In this document: piece by piece, positions 48,196-60,399 of the stretch
Position numbering within the stretch: position 1 is the first letter of the stretch
How the letters are laid out: the number at the start of each line of letters is the position of its first letter
NCBI GenBank assembly: GCA_965216065.1
Contig: CBDCFB010000002.1
Span: forward strand, 756 to 64,755
Source of the DNA: Dehalococcoidia bacterium
GTDB taxonomy: Bacteria; Chloroflexota; Dehalococcoidia; Lucifugimonadales; UBA3495
Direction: 5' to 3'
DNA length: 64,000 bases
The notes under the pieces: generated by a model
What the model was told of the DNA's origin: nothing
Database searches by the model: none
Seen by the model: only the letters and a program-made list of their open reading frames with translations
Made by a program: the position numbers and the translations under genes

Positions 48196-48785
48196 TGCAT
48201 TCCTGCTTGCGCTGAACTTCCATCGAAGATCGCCTTGTTGGCCGTGCTCCACGAGACCTTCATGATCCTGGCCACACGGCTCACCGACGGGTTCTCCGCG
48301 AACATACGCTTGCACTCGTTCACCTGGTCGGGTGAAAGCGCAGGCGGCCTCCCTTCGGCCTTGGCACGCTCTTGGCCCACCTTTATCCGCTCGCTGGTGG
48401 AATCAGCCTGGTAGGCACCGTTGGCCAGCATCATCCGGCGGAAGTACTTGGCCGCGGCGCTGTCGTCGGTGGTGTCGATCCCTTCCTTGATGGCCACTAT
48501 GCCGATGTTCCGGCTGGTGAGGTCCGCCTGGATCCTCACGCCCTCGTCGAAGTTGCGGCTGAAGCGGTCCAGCCATACCAACACGATGGTGTCGTTCGGC
48601 TGGATCCGGGCCATGAGATCGTTCCATCCGGGCCGCGACATCAAACGGCCGGTCATCACGTCGGAAAAGATGAGCTCCCCGCGGATGCCGTGGTTGGCCA
48701 GCTCGCGGAGCTGGGTCTCGAGGTTCCGGTCGTCCCGGTCGCTCTTGCTGACCCGCGCGTAGCCATAGGTGACGGGGATCATCAT
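48192..48785 (-). CDS. Serine recombinase (resolvase/invertase family)
   Basis: ATG at 48785. YGYARVSKSDRDDRNLETQ catalytic-Ser motif, VWLDRFSRN and a C-terminal HTH (VSRVARIMKVSWSTANKA). 197 aa. Confidence 0.9.
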   Translation of the reverse strand: MMIPVTYGYARVSKSDRDDRNLETQLRELANHGIRGELIFSDVMTGRLMSRPGWNDLMARIQPNDTIVLVWLDRFSRNFDEGVRIQADLTSRNIGIVAIKEGIDTTDDSAAAKYFRRMMLANGAYQADSTSERIKVGQERAKAEGRPPALSPDQVNECKRMFAENPSVSRVARIMKVSWSTANKAIFDGSSAQAGMQ

Positions 48786-48789
48786 CGCT

Positions 48790-49095
48790 TCACCACCCCG
48801 GTTTGCCGCAGTGCGGGCAGGGATTCCGGACCGCCCGACGCCAGGCGACTCCGCCCTTGGCATGGATTTCCTGATTGCAGTGGAGGCAGCGGCCCATGTA
48901 TGTGTTCTGGTCGGACAGGTCCTCGGCCACCAGCTCAAGACAGTCTCCGCACCCCCGCACCAGCTCCGGGTCGGGGGTCATCGGTTCGGGACTCTCCTCG
49001 AGGCCACACAGCGGGGAGTCTCCCGGGGCGTGGTGGACCACAGCGGCGGCGGCGACAACTCTGCTCTCCTCGCGTCTGCGGTCACCCTCTGCCAT
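48790..49095 (-). CDS. Zinc-ribbon protein co-transcribed with the serine recombinase
   Basis: 101 aa. CGDC...CLHC...CPHC. Its stop lies 4 nt before the recombinase ATG. Confidence 0.55.
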   Translation of the reverse strand: MAEGDRRREESRVVAAAAVVHHAPGDSPLCGLEESPEPMTPDPELVRGCGDCLELVAEDLSDQNTYMGRCLHCNQEIHAKGGVAWRRAVRNPCPHCGKPGW

Positions 49096-49330
49096 GGTGA
49101 AGGAATCGACCCCCTTCCGAAGCGAAGTCCCACAGCTTGTTGCCCCAAACCTCCGGGTCTATCGAGCCGTGCCACTGCAGTCCCCTCCCGGTGAGTCCTG
49201 CCGCGATCACCCGGCGGCCGCAGACACCGCAGTTGATGGCGTGGTCCTTTCCCCAAGCGTCGTCCTGGTTGGTGGCCGCCATCGTCGTGCTGCGGCACTG
49301 GGGGCAGGCGGCTGCCAGGTGGACGTGCAT
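49082..49330 (-). CDS. Zinc-ribbon protein
   Basis: 82 aa. CPQC...CGVC. Overlaps the next gene by 14 nt. Confidence 0.45.
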   Translation of the reverse strand: MHVHLAAACPQCRSTTMAATNQDDAWGKDHAINCGVCGRRVIAAGLTGRGLQWHGSIDPEVWGNKLWDFASEGGRFLHHGRG

Positions 49331-49537
49331 GGCGTTCTTCTCCGCTCAACAAACGGCCGTTTTTGGGAGGCTCGGTGCGGACGCCGGCTGTCAGCTTTGA
49401 CGAGCCTCTCAATAAATACCCTCAATAATAGTTTGCTCTCAACAATGCCCTCAAGGGTTTGTTGAGGAGGGTGGCCGCGAGATTACCTCACCTCAGGTGT
49501 TGGCGCCGCAGTGGACGCCCTGATTAAACAGAGGTAG

Positions 49538-51491
<1,954 letters not shown>

Positions 51492-51603
51492 TTTCTTTCC
51501 CCAGTGCCGCGATAATTTTCAATCGTCCCTGTCGATTCAACGGTCCCCGGCGCTGACCGGGGCGAACTCCCTGGCTGGAGGCCTGGCCAAGAGGCCCCAG
51601 TCG

Positions 51604-52273
51604 ATGAGGGGTATAAGCCGACGACCCTTCCGGGCGGCGGCAGTGCTGACTGTCCGGGGCTGCCGCCCCCACCATGGAAAGGCGCTCCAGCAGACCTCCG
51701 GCTTGGGCCGGCATGGCTCGGCACCCGGCGGGCGGCGTACGTTGCGGAGCGCACAGAGGACACGGGGCCTGGCCTCCTGTGCGCTCCACCGAGAATTTAT
51801 CTGGGCGATAGGCCGGGTGCCCCGTTGCCTTACCGGCAGAATGGAAGGCCACCCAGGGCTGACTGATCCATATCCAATTGGACCGACAAACTGCTTGGCA
51901 CGCATCCGGTCAACTGGTTCACGTCGAGCCGCAGCGATGTCAGGTTTTCGAGGTTGCCCAACTCCGGCGGTATCTCCCCGCTCAACTGGTTCTCGTCGAG
52001 GCTCAATATTTCTATGTTGGCGAGTCTGCCCAACCGCGGCGGTATGTCCCCGCTCAGTAGGTTCCCGCTGAGGGCCAGCCATTCCAGGTTGGTGAGGTCG
52101 CCCAACTCCGGCGGTATCTCCCCGCTCAACTGGTTATGCCTGAGGGCCAGGCTCTCCAGGTTGGCGAGGTTGCCCAACTGCAGCGGTATCTCCCCGCTCA
52201 GCTGGTTCTCGTAAAGCTCCAAGTACTCCAGGCTGGCGAGGTTACCCAACTGCGGCGGTATCTCCCCGCTCAA
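51604..52273. repeat. 670-bp direct repeat, copy 1 (copy 2 at 53617..54286)
   Basis: Offset is exactly 2013 nt. All six-frame ORF translations across the two copies are identical (for example 51878..52060 = 53891..54073 and 51954..52214 = 53967..54227). Confidence 0.9.
51830..52269 (-). pseudogene. Orphan 3' fragment of an LRR lipoprotein gene (duplicate of the 3' end of 53843..54898)
   Basis: Encodes [29 protein letters not shown]...[17 protein letters not shown], identical to the C-terminus of the downstream-copy gene. It has no start of its own. It begins right at the stop of gene 52270..53490. Confidence 0.8.
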
Positions 52274-53490
52274 GGCGTGGTTGTCTCGCCGCAGTCTGGG
52301 AGGCCAAGCTGGGCAAGGTCGTGGTACCGGACGTCCTGCAGCCCCGCCGGAATGCAGCCCGTCAACTGGTTGTTTGAAAGATAGATTTCTTGCAATTCGG
52401 CCAGGTTGTCCAACGCCACCGGAATCGTTCCGGTAAACAGGTTGGAGGTGAGGTACAACCCTTCCAACTTGCCCAGGTTGCCCAGCCATGCCGGAATGCT
52501 GCCGGAAACCCGGTTGGAACTCAAGGTGAGCCACTCTAAGTTGGTTAGACGACTCATTTCCGACGGTATCGCCCCTGTCAATCGGTTTTCCGGCATGTGC
52601 AATTGCCACAAGGCGGTCAAGTCACCGATTTCCCTTGGTATTCGCCCGGTCAATTGGTTGTTTCCCAGGGCCAGAGACCCCAAGTTGGCGAGGCTGCCCA
52701 GTTCGGCCGGAATAATCCCGGTCAACCGGTCCCCACTCAGGTCGGCGCTACCATCAAGGTCCAACCGCGTGACTCGCTGCGGCGCGCCGTTCAGGGTCAC
52801 ACCGTCCCAGTCGCCCACAGGGGTCGCAAACGACCAGTTCAAGGTAGCGGTTCCTCTGAGGGCGTCCCGGGACGCCAGCAGCGCCTCGCAATCGGATATC
52901 AGGCCGGGGTTTTCGTGGGGATTCGGCACGGCGATACCATTGGAACACGAGTCGGGAATTAGAGGCGCAGCAGTCGGTGTGGGTCGTGGCGTGGTCGTGG
53001 GTCGCGGGGTTGATGTGGGTCTGGGCGTCAGCGTGGGCCTCGGCGTCAGCGTGGGCCTCGGCATCAGCGTGGGCCTCGGCGTAGGCGTGGGTTGGGGTAC
53101 TGCAGTGGGATACGGGGTAGCTGTAGGCCATGGCGTGTTCGTCGGCCAAGGTGTTGCGGTGGGATACGGTGTGGGTGTAGGCCGTGGCCTATTCCTTGGC
53201 TCTGGAGTCGAGGTGGGCAAAGAGGCGTTTGTTGGCCGAGGCGCTGCTGTGGGCATTGGCCCTGGAGTCGAGGTGGAGGTGGTTAAGGCCGCAGCGACTT
53301 TTGCCTCCACTGTTGCGTCAATCGCAGTCTCTGCCTCACGGGTGCCGCTGACACCTGCCTCCACCGTCGCCGGAACGTCAGCCGTCGGTAGGGATGCTGT
53401 TTGTGTGTCCGCAGTAGACGGTGCCTCGCTGGAGCAGGCAACAGCCGTCAGGCCGGAGATTACCAGAACAATCAGGATGATAATTCTCAT
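52270..53490 (-). CDS. Lipoprotein: shared leader cassette + Pro/Thr linker + plant-type LRR domain (variant B)
   Basis: [19 protein letters not shown] lipobox and the same leader, then an LRR N-cap ([14 protein letters not shown]...NW) and LTGxIPxxLGxLxNL repeats. Confidence 0.85.
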   Translation of the reverse strand: MRIIILIVLVISGLTAVACSSEAPSTADTQTASLPTADVPATVEAGVSGTREAETAIDATVEAKVAAALTTSTSTPGPMPTAAPRPTNASLPTSTPEPRNRPRPTPTPYPTATPWPTNTPWPTATPYPTAVPQPTPTPRPTLMPRPTLTPRPTLTPRPTSTPRPTTTPRPTPTAAPLIPDSCSNGIAVPNPHENPGLISDCEALLASRDALRGTATLNWSFATPVGDWDGVTLNGAPQRVTRLDLDGSADLSGDRLTGIIPAELGSLANLGSLALGNNQLTGRIPREIGDLTALWQLHMPENRLTGAIPSEMSRLTNLEWLTLSSNRVSGSIPAWLGNLGKLEGLYLTSNLFTGTIPVALDNLAELQEIYLSNNQLTGCIPAGLQDVRYHDLAQLGLPDCGETTTP

Positions 53491-53616
53491 TTTCTATTCC
53501 CCAGTGCCGCGATAATTTTCAATCGTCCCTATCTACAGGTTCAGCGCCGGGGGCGCTGACCGAGGCGAACTCCCCGGCAGGAGGCCTGGCCAAGAGGCCC
53601 CAGTCGGTGGGCTGGA

Positions 53617-54286
53617 ATGAGGGGTATAAGCCGACGACCCTTCCGGGCGGCGGCAGTGCTGACTGTCCGGGGCTGCCGCCCCCACCATGGAAAGGCGCTC
53701 CAGCAGACCTCGGGCTTGGGCCGGCATGGCTCGGCACCCGGCGGGCGGCGTACGTTGCGGAGCGCACAGAGGACACGGGGCCTGGCCTCCTGTGCGCTCC
53801 ACCGAGAATTTATCTGGGCGATAGGCCGGGTGCCCCGTTGCCTTACCGGCAGAATGGAAGGCCACCCAGGGCTGACTGATCCATATCCAATTGGACCGAC
53901 AAACTGCTTGGCACGCATCCGGTCAACTGGTTCACGTCGAGCCGCAGCGATGTCAGGTTTTCGAGGTTGCCCAACTCCGGCGGTATCTCCCCGCTCAACT
54001 GGTTCTCGTCGAGGCTCAATATTTCTATGTTGGCGAGTCTGCCCAACCGCGGCGGTATGTCCCCGCTCAGTAGGTTCCCGCTGAGGGCCAGCCATTCCAG
54101 GTTGGTGAGGTCGCCCAACTCCGGCGGTATCTCCCCGCTCAACTGGTTATGCCTGAGGGCCAGGCTCTCCAGGTTGGCGAGGTTGCCCAACTGCAGCGGT
54201 ATCTCCCCGCTCAGCTGGTTCTCGTAAAGCTCCAAGTACTCCAGGCTGGCGAGGTTACCCAACTGCGGCGGTATCTCCCCGCTCAA
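53617..54286. repeat. 670-bp direct repeat, copy 2
   Basis: See 51604..52273. Identity ends at 52273/54286. Confidence 0.9.
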
Positions 54287-54898
54287 CTGGTTCTCGCCGA
54301 GGTCCAGGCTCTCCAAGTTGGCGAGGTTGCCCAACTCCGGCGGTATCCCCCCGCTCAACTGGTTATTCCTGAGTTGCAGGCTCTCCAAGCTGGCGAGGTT
54401 GCCCAACTCCGGCGGTATCTCCCCGCTCAACTGGTTATTCCAGAGGGCCAGTTCGATGACACGGCTGTTGTCGTCAGTGGTGACGCCGTACCACTCGCCA
54501 ATCGGCAACTCGCTCAGCCAGTTATTGCTTTCTTCCCAATTCAGGCCGCCGGTGGCGTCATAGAAATCGACCAGCGCTTCCCGGTCCGTTTCGGGCGAGG
54601 TCTGCGCCATCATCGGCGCGGCGGTGGCCACAGGTGCGGGTGCGGTGGTGGCCCTGGGAGCGGAGGTGGAGCTGGTGGTCAGGGTTGCTGCGACTTTTGC
54701 CTCCACTGTGGCGTCAATCGCCGCCTCTGCCTCCGTCTCTGCCTCACGGGTGCCGCGGATACCTGCCTCCACCGTCGCCGGAACGTCAGCCGTCGGTCGG
54801 GATGCTGCTTGTGTGTCCGCAGTAGAGGGTGCCTCGCTGGAGCAGGCAACAGCTGTCAGGCCGGAGATTACCAGAACAATCAGGATGATAATTCTCAT
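53843..54898 (-). CDS. Lipoprotein: shared leader cassette + plant-type LRR domain (variant C)
   Basis: ATG at 54898. The same signal and leader, a short linker, an LRR N-cap (DREALVDFYDATGGLNW) and about 9 [12 protein letters not shown] repeats. Confidence 0.85.
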   Translation of the reverse strand: MRIIILIVLVISGLTAVACSSEAPSTADTQAASRPTADVPATVEAGIRGTREAETEAEAAIDATVEAKVAATLTTSSTSAPRATTAPAPVATAAPMMAQTSPETDREALVDFYDATGGLNWEESNNWLSELPIGEWYGVTTDDNSRVIELALWNNQLSGEIPPELGNLASLESLQLRNNQLSGGIPPELGNLANLESLDLGENQLSGEIPPQLGNLASLEYLELYENQLSGEIPLQLGNLANLESLALRHNQLSGEIPPELGDLTNLEWLALSGNLLSGDIPPRLGRLANIEILSLDENQLSGEIPPELGNLENLTSLRLDVNQLTGCVPSSLSVQLDMDQSALGGLPFCR

Positions 54899-54947
54899 TC
54901 CCTTTCCCCAGTGCCGCGAAAATATTCCATCGCCCCTATCGACAGGT

Positions 54948-55349
54948 TCAACGGTCCCCGGCTCTGACTGAGGCGAACTCCCAGCCCGCATCCAGTCTCT
55001 TCCCTTCCGTCTGCGGAGGGGAGTAAGAACAGGGGCTTGCCAGCGGAACACCAGCGGCTAAAAGCCATGCCCCAGCGTTGGGTACTGGCTTGCGTTGCCG
55101 AAGTCCCAGAGGCCATCGCCAACTACATCCTCTGCTCGCATTGCCGCAGGAAGCCAGCGGCCCCCAACTCCGTGGTCTCTGGTTCAGGCGTCGGTTCAGG
55201 CGTGGCTTCGGGCCCTGCTGTGGCGGCGGGAATGGGGACGGCCACAGCCGACGGCTGTGGTTTGGCGCACCGGCACACCCGGCCAGCAGTACGGCAAGGA
55301 GTAGCGCACCCACTCCCGGCAGTCCCAGCTCAATGGACTTTGACATCAT
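54948..55349 (-). pseudogene. Decayed lipoprotein gene (multiple frameshifts)
   Basis: MMSKSIELGLPGVGALLLAVLLAGCAG lipobox. Sensible sequence then continues only by switching frames (AKPQPSAVAVPIPAATAGPEATPEPTPEPETTELG; then EDVVGDGLWDFGNASQYPTLGHGF). Confidence 0.4.
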
Positions 55350-55528
55350 CGCCCTCCCCGGTGTCGGGTTCAGTGCCGCGGTCGCGTCCACGTTAGCCCT
55401 CCGCATGACGCGCCGTAAGGTTCTGGTGCCCATGGCCTGGGGGTACTATTGTGTAGTTCCGATAGGGTGCGCTCGAACCTTGCCGCCGCCCCCGTCGGGC
55501 GGCGTACATTAACTGCATCAGTCGAGGC

Positions 55529-56781
55529 TTGAATTTGCTGACCGCGCCGCGAGGTGGGATTGCCGAACCCCGCCGGGAGCCGGACCGGACCGACCCGGAC
55601 GACCTGAGATACAACCTGAGGATTTCGGTATGGGTACGCTGGTTTCTTCTGACAGCCTGGCTGCTGCAGTTCAACTACCGGCCCAACTTCGGGGATCCTG
55701 CCTATATTCCGACCATGCTGTTTGCGGTATCACTGCTGGCCCTGAACGGCTACGTCCACCACCGCATCCGGTCGAACCGGACGGTCACGCGGCGCTGGGC
55801 CCTCGCCCTCAGCGTGATGGACGCGGTGATGATCACGGCGGGCATCGCCATATCATCCAGCGGATTTCAGAACACCTTCTTCGTGCTGTACTACCCCGCC
55901 CTGGCCATGTTCGCGGTGGTGTTCACCTCCTTCAGGCTCAGCTTCGCCTGGGCCACAATGGTTGCAGTCGTGTACGCGGCGTTGAGCCTGCTGCTGGAGC
56001 CGGGAGTCGACTACGGGATCAAGGAGGAGAAGGTGCTGTTCACCAGGATCGTCGTCTTGTACGCGGTCGTGGGGGCGGTCAACCTGGTCTCCCGTTCGAG
56101 CGGACCAGAAGGAGGGAGGCAGTGGAGCGGGAGGGGGAGCTGCAGAGGGAGCGGATCGAACTCTCGCAGTCCATTCATGACACCATCGCCCAGTCCGCCT
56201 ACATGATGGGCCTGGGCATCGAGATCGTGATGGAGCTGGCGAAGGCCCGGAACGACGGTGGCCGCGACGAGATGATCGCCAGGCTGGAGGCGGTTCATGC
56301 CCTGTCCAAATCGACCATGTGGGAGTTGAGACATCCAATCGACGCGGGACCCATCTTCGAGGGCATGGAGTTCGGCCTGGTGCTGAGTTCCCACGCCGCC
56401 ACGTTCACCACGATCACGTCGATCCCCACAGAGGTGGAGCAATCCGGCAGGGAGCCGCCGCTTGCCACGGTCACGCGGGGGCTGCTCTTCTCGATAGCCC
56501 ACAACGCCATGACCAACGCATTCAGACACTCGCGCGCTGGCAGGGTCGCCATCGCGCTGAGCTTCGATGACGATGGGCTCCGCATGTCCGTATCCGACGA
56601 CGGGACCGGCCTCCCCGGCGACTACGCGGACCGCGGCCACGGGTTCCGGAACATGAGGAGGGACGCCGAGCGAATGGGCGGCAGGCTCGAGGTGGGCCCG
56701 GGCGAGTCGGGACGCGGCACGACCGTAACCTGCGTGGTTCCATACGACGCAAATGGAGGAGGTCCGCAGCTTGGAGCCTGA
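55529..56781 (+). pseudogene. Sensor histidine kinase paralog (HisKA_3) with a 1-nt frameshift
   Basis: The transmembrane domain (frame of 55529) parallels HK 40763..42046. The kinase core (frame of 55630) carries SIHDTIAQ, HNAMTNAFRHS and DDGTGLP. The frames join at ...AVNLVSR/FERTRRRE, where cgttcgag (56093-56100) lacks one T (TT at 56095-56096). Confidence 0.8.
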
Positions 56782-57451
56782 CAGTCAGATCCCGGACGGA
56801 CGGATCAGGGTGATGCTCGTGGATGATCACGAGATGATGCGCGACGGCCTGCGGGAGGCGCTCCAGCGTGCCGGGAATTACGAGGTCGTGGGCGAGGCCG
56901 GAGACGGGGTGGAGGCGGTGAGGGCTGCGCAGAGTCTCAGGCCCGATGTGATCATCATGGACGTCATGATGCCCCTCCAGAACGGCATCGACGCCTGCCG
57001 GGAGATCATGGAGGTGCTCCCGGACACGAAGGTGCTGATGGTGACGGCCGCAACGGAGCGGGACGCGGTGATTGAGGCCGTGGCTGCGGGTGCAACCGGC
57101 TACCTCGAGAAGTATTCCGGCATGGCGAAGCTGCTGCGCACCGTCCGCGACGTGGCGGAGGGAGAGCACCGCATACCCGGCGATGTGATCAGGCGCGTGT
57201 TCGCCGGATTCCGCACGGGGGCGCCGCAACCGGCCCACGAGCTGGACCGGCTGACCGCGCGGGAGCGGGAGATACTCACGCTGTTTGCCCAGGGCCTGTC
57301 GTACGCCGCGATCGCCGAGGTCAGGGGCAACCAGCCTGTGACCATCCGCAACGGCGTCTACGGCATCCAGGACAAGCTCAAGATCGGGAGCAAGCAGGAA
57401 CTGGTGGTCTGGGCTGTGCGAAACGGTCTCCTGGACGAGCCCAGGCGATAG
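56753..57451 (+). CDS. NarL/LuxR-family response regulator (paralog)
   Basis: REC (VMLVDDHEMMRDG...IIMDVMMP...VTAA) plus a LuxR HTH (LTAREREILTLFAQGLSYAAIAEVRGNQPVTIRNGVYGIQDKL). Confidence 0.9.
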   Translation: MEEVRSLEPDSQIPDGRIRVMLVDDHEMMRDGLREALQRAGNYEVVGEAGDGVEAVRAAQSLRPDVIIMDVMMPLQNGIDACREIMEVLPDTKVLMVTAATERDAVIEAVAAGATGYLEKYSGMAKLLRTVRDVAEGEHRIPGDVIRRVFAGFRTGAPQPAHELDRLTAREREILTLFAQGLSYAAIAEVRGNQPVTIRNGVYGIQDKLKIGSKQELVVWAVRNGLLDEPRR

Positions 57452-58177
57452 GCGCATGACAGCGCTCAGGGATCTGTGCCAGTCGTTGCCGTTCGGGTCA
57501 TCTCGTCCCGCATGTCCGCCACCCCTCCACAAGGTGCGAGTGTCAGGATTTCCGCCAGTGGCGGGAAAGGGACGCTTTTCGTGTGGTAGGGGCAGCAATA
57601 ACGTTAAGAAGCTGCCCGGTTCTTGCCCGGTTCTGAGGTTCGGAATACCTTACTGCACCTGCACCGCTGGCGCGAAGAAGGCTGCGCACGCCGCGGCCTC
57701 GTCGTCGAGCGTCACCGCGTGAGTTGACATCCAGAACCTGCACATTCAAGGGCGGTCCGCGAGTACGCCATGATTGCCGTTGCCACCGCCGACCGGGACC
57801 GCGCCGAAGCCGCCATCGGCGACGAGTCCAGCATATGTCATTTCCAGCCTTGGCCTGTCTGGCAGTCCGTGGGATGACCCTGCCCTTTGCTTCGCCCGGT
57901 AATCCCTAGAAAGCGAGAATTCATAAACCCCGCAGGTTCCTGCACACAGACCGGCTCGAACGGCGGCATTCCAGCGGGCCAGTGACTATTGGGCGGTGTG
58001 CCCGGAGACAGGCGATGTGGAATGGATGGAACTGGAGGGAAACGGCAACACTGGAACCCCGGTTTGCCATCCTGATGCAACTTGGAGAAAACCGCCCAGG
58101 GCCACTGAGAGTCAACTGGGATAACGCACCAGCCCCTGGGGGGCGGCGGTTCGGACATACCAAAGGAGGTTCGCACT

Positions 58178-59878
58178 ATGACCAATCTACGGAGGTTCCT
58201 CTGGCCAGGCGGTCGCTTGAGGTGGGTCGCCATTGCTGGCTACTTGGTGGTAGTCGTCATCATTGTGGTCGTGATACTCCTGTTGCTGCTCTTGCAGCAG
58301 ATAAGCCGTCCCGGAGAGGCCACTGCGGAGTACATCCCTTCCAACGCACTCGTGTACAGCTCAATCAATCTTCGGCCGGGAGCGGGTCAAATCAACAACG
58401 CCAGGTCGGTCGGTGACTTGCTGCGGTCCGATGACTTCATGGACGAAGAGGATGATCTGCTGGACGACGTCGAGGACGAGACCGGGATTCACCCCCTTGA
58501 CGACGTGACATCATGGCTGGGCACCGATGTTACCTTCGCGCTCTTGGACCTCGATGAAGACGAGGATTTGATCGAATGGACCCTCATGGTCCAGATCAGC
58601 GACCGGGCTGAGGCCCACGATTTTGTTGAGAAGCTCCGTGAGTATCTGGAGGACGACCTTTACACGGAATTTGACGAGGACGAAATCGGAGCAGCGGACG
58701 TCTGGATCGCTGATGACGAGGACTTGGCCATCGGCTTGACCGATGAATACCTACTCTTAGCGGACAGCGAAGACACCATAGAGCACATGCTGGACAACAT
58801 TGATTCTCCGCCCACCCGCTCCCTTGCCGAGGACGAGCAGTTTATTGCCGCTAGAGAGGCCCTGCCCAAGGGGCGCGTCATGTTCGTGTATGCGCAGGTT
58901 GAGGACTATCTGGAGGAGTTCCAGGACATTGTCGACCCCTGGGGCGATGCGGCTTCGGTATGGAACTGGGCAGAGAGCAATACGCCGGAGTACGTGGCGG
59001 CATCCCTGTCGTTCATCGACAAGGGGGTGCGCTTTGATGTCGTATCGGAGGCCGCATCAAGATCCCTGTCCCTGGATTCCGAGAGCGACCTTCGATCGGC
59101 AGAGGTGGTTCCGGAAAACACACTGTTCCTGGCCAGCTATGCCGGCGTCACCGACGCGTGGGAGGAATTTCGCGATACCCTGGAGGACTCCGATCCATGG
59201 GCCGCCGAGGACTTTGACGAGTTCCTGGACGATCTGGAAGACGAGACGGGGATTGACCTTGAACAGGACCTCATCGAATCGCTGACGGGCGAGGTTTCCC
59301 TGGCGATCATGCCAAGCGATATAAGCATCTCGGCTGATGCCGGCGAACTGGAGGGGGTCATTGAAGCGCTCTTCCTGGCCAGCCTGGATGACCCAAGGGG
59401 CATCGAGAACGCTCTCGAGTCGCTGACCGACTGGATCGAGGACGAAGGGTATGATACCGACAGGGACGCTGTTGGCAATTACTACGCTATAACTTTGAAC
59501 CTAGACCAGTTCGACGAGGACCTCATCGAGGACTACGAGGTGGGATACATCATCACCGATGACTGGTTGGCCCTTGGCAGCTCGATCGAAAGCCTGGAAG
59601 CCTTTCACGACGCCGACGGGGGTGGCACCGGCTCCCTGAGCTCCGCCGTCAAATATTCGAACCTGGCAGAACTGGCCCCCATTCCTCTGCACTTGCTCAT
59701 TTATGCCGACATCGCAGGAATCGTGGAGGTGGTGGTTGATGGCCTCGACGAGGATGCACTGGAAGACTACGAGGACGATGTGCGGCCCTACGTGGAAAAT
59801 CTGAACGCTTTCATGTTGGCCAGTTCGTTGACCGATGAGAGGTGGCATTTCACAGCAGCGCTGACGTTGCAGGAGTAA
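58178..59878 (+). CDS. Membrane-anchored, highly acidic DUF3352-like protein
   Basis: 566 aa. One N-terminal transmembrane helix (VAIAGYLVVVVIIVVVILLLLLL), then an Asp/Glu-rich soluble domain. Architecture and size fit DUF3352 (tentative). Confidence 0.45.
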   Translation: MTNLRRFLWPGGRLRWVAIAGYLVVVVIIVVVILLLLLLQQISRPGEATAEYIPSNALVYSSINLRPGAGQINNARSVGDLLRSDDFMDEEDDLLDDVEDETGIHPLDDVTSWLGTDVTFALLDLDEDEDLIEWTLMVQISDRAEAHDFVEKLREYLEDDLYTEFDEDEIGAADVWIADDEDLAIGLTDEYLLLADSEDTIEHMLDNIDSPPTRSLAEDEQFIAAREALPKGRVMFVYAQVEDYLEEFQDIVDPWGDAASVWNWAESNTPEYVAASLSFIDKGVRFDVVSEAASRSLSLDSESDLRSAEVVPENTLFLASYAGVTDAWEEFRDTLEDSDPWAAEDFDEFLDDLEDETGIDLEQDLIESLTGEVSLAIMPSDISISADAGELEGVIEALFLASLDDPRGIENALESLTDWIEDEGYDTDRDAVGNYYAITLNLDQFDEDLIEDYEVGYIITDDWLALGSSIESLEAFHDADGGGTGSLSSAVKYSNLAELAPIPLHLLIYADIAGIVEVVVDGLDEDALEDYEDDVRPYVENLNAFMLASSLTDERWHFTAALTLQE

Positions 59879-60399
59879 CGGGACTGGGAATGCTGCGGCC
59901 TGCTATGCGGTCAACTGCCCAGCGGGAATCCAGCGAGGAGGGAAAAGACTCGCAACCAACAGTGAGTCCCAAGCTATCATGAACTGGAAACAGAAGAGAA
60001 CGAACGAGACAGCGAAAGAGAGCATCCCCAGGGCCTGACAACCCCGTTTTTGGCCATCTGAGCGGCGACAGGGGCGGCTGCTCTGGCAGGAACCACCCCC
60101 CAGGCGGGGACGGGAACTTCTCTCCGGCATGGGACCGGACACGGTCCCGGAGGGGCTTGTGCGGCCAGCCTCAGCCACCGCGTCCCGCCGGTCTCCCCAT
60201 CCTCCCTGAGCGGTGTGGTGAGCGCTCCCTCCGGAGGCGTAGGAGGGAGCGCCGGCGTCTCTCGGGGAAGGGTTTCCGTTTCAGATGCGGCGGTCATTGT
60301 CCTCCAGCGCCCAGGCCTCCACCAGCTCGAAGAGCGCCGGGGAACTCCTGGCAACAGGATCATCACCTTCCGGAGGCGGGCCCGCTTCACCTGGCAGGC

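Noticed and set aside
46419-48900. Invertible DNA switch bounded by the two inverted zinc-ribbon gene copies and driven by the serine recombinase
   Set aside because: The inverted segments are only about 70 percent identical over about 95 nt. The geometry (the recombinase 5' copies are in direct orientation) does not fit a simple inversion product. It is more likely two independent, partly deleted element copies.
51492-51850. RNase P RNA or another known structured RNA
   Set aside because: I compared it by eye with the conserved RNase P, tmRNA and SRP blocks. The key conserved strings (for example GGAAAGUCCGGGCUCC) are not present. It is kept only as an unexplained structured segment.
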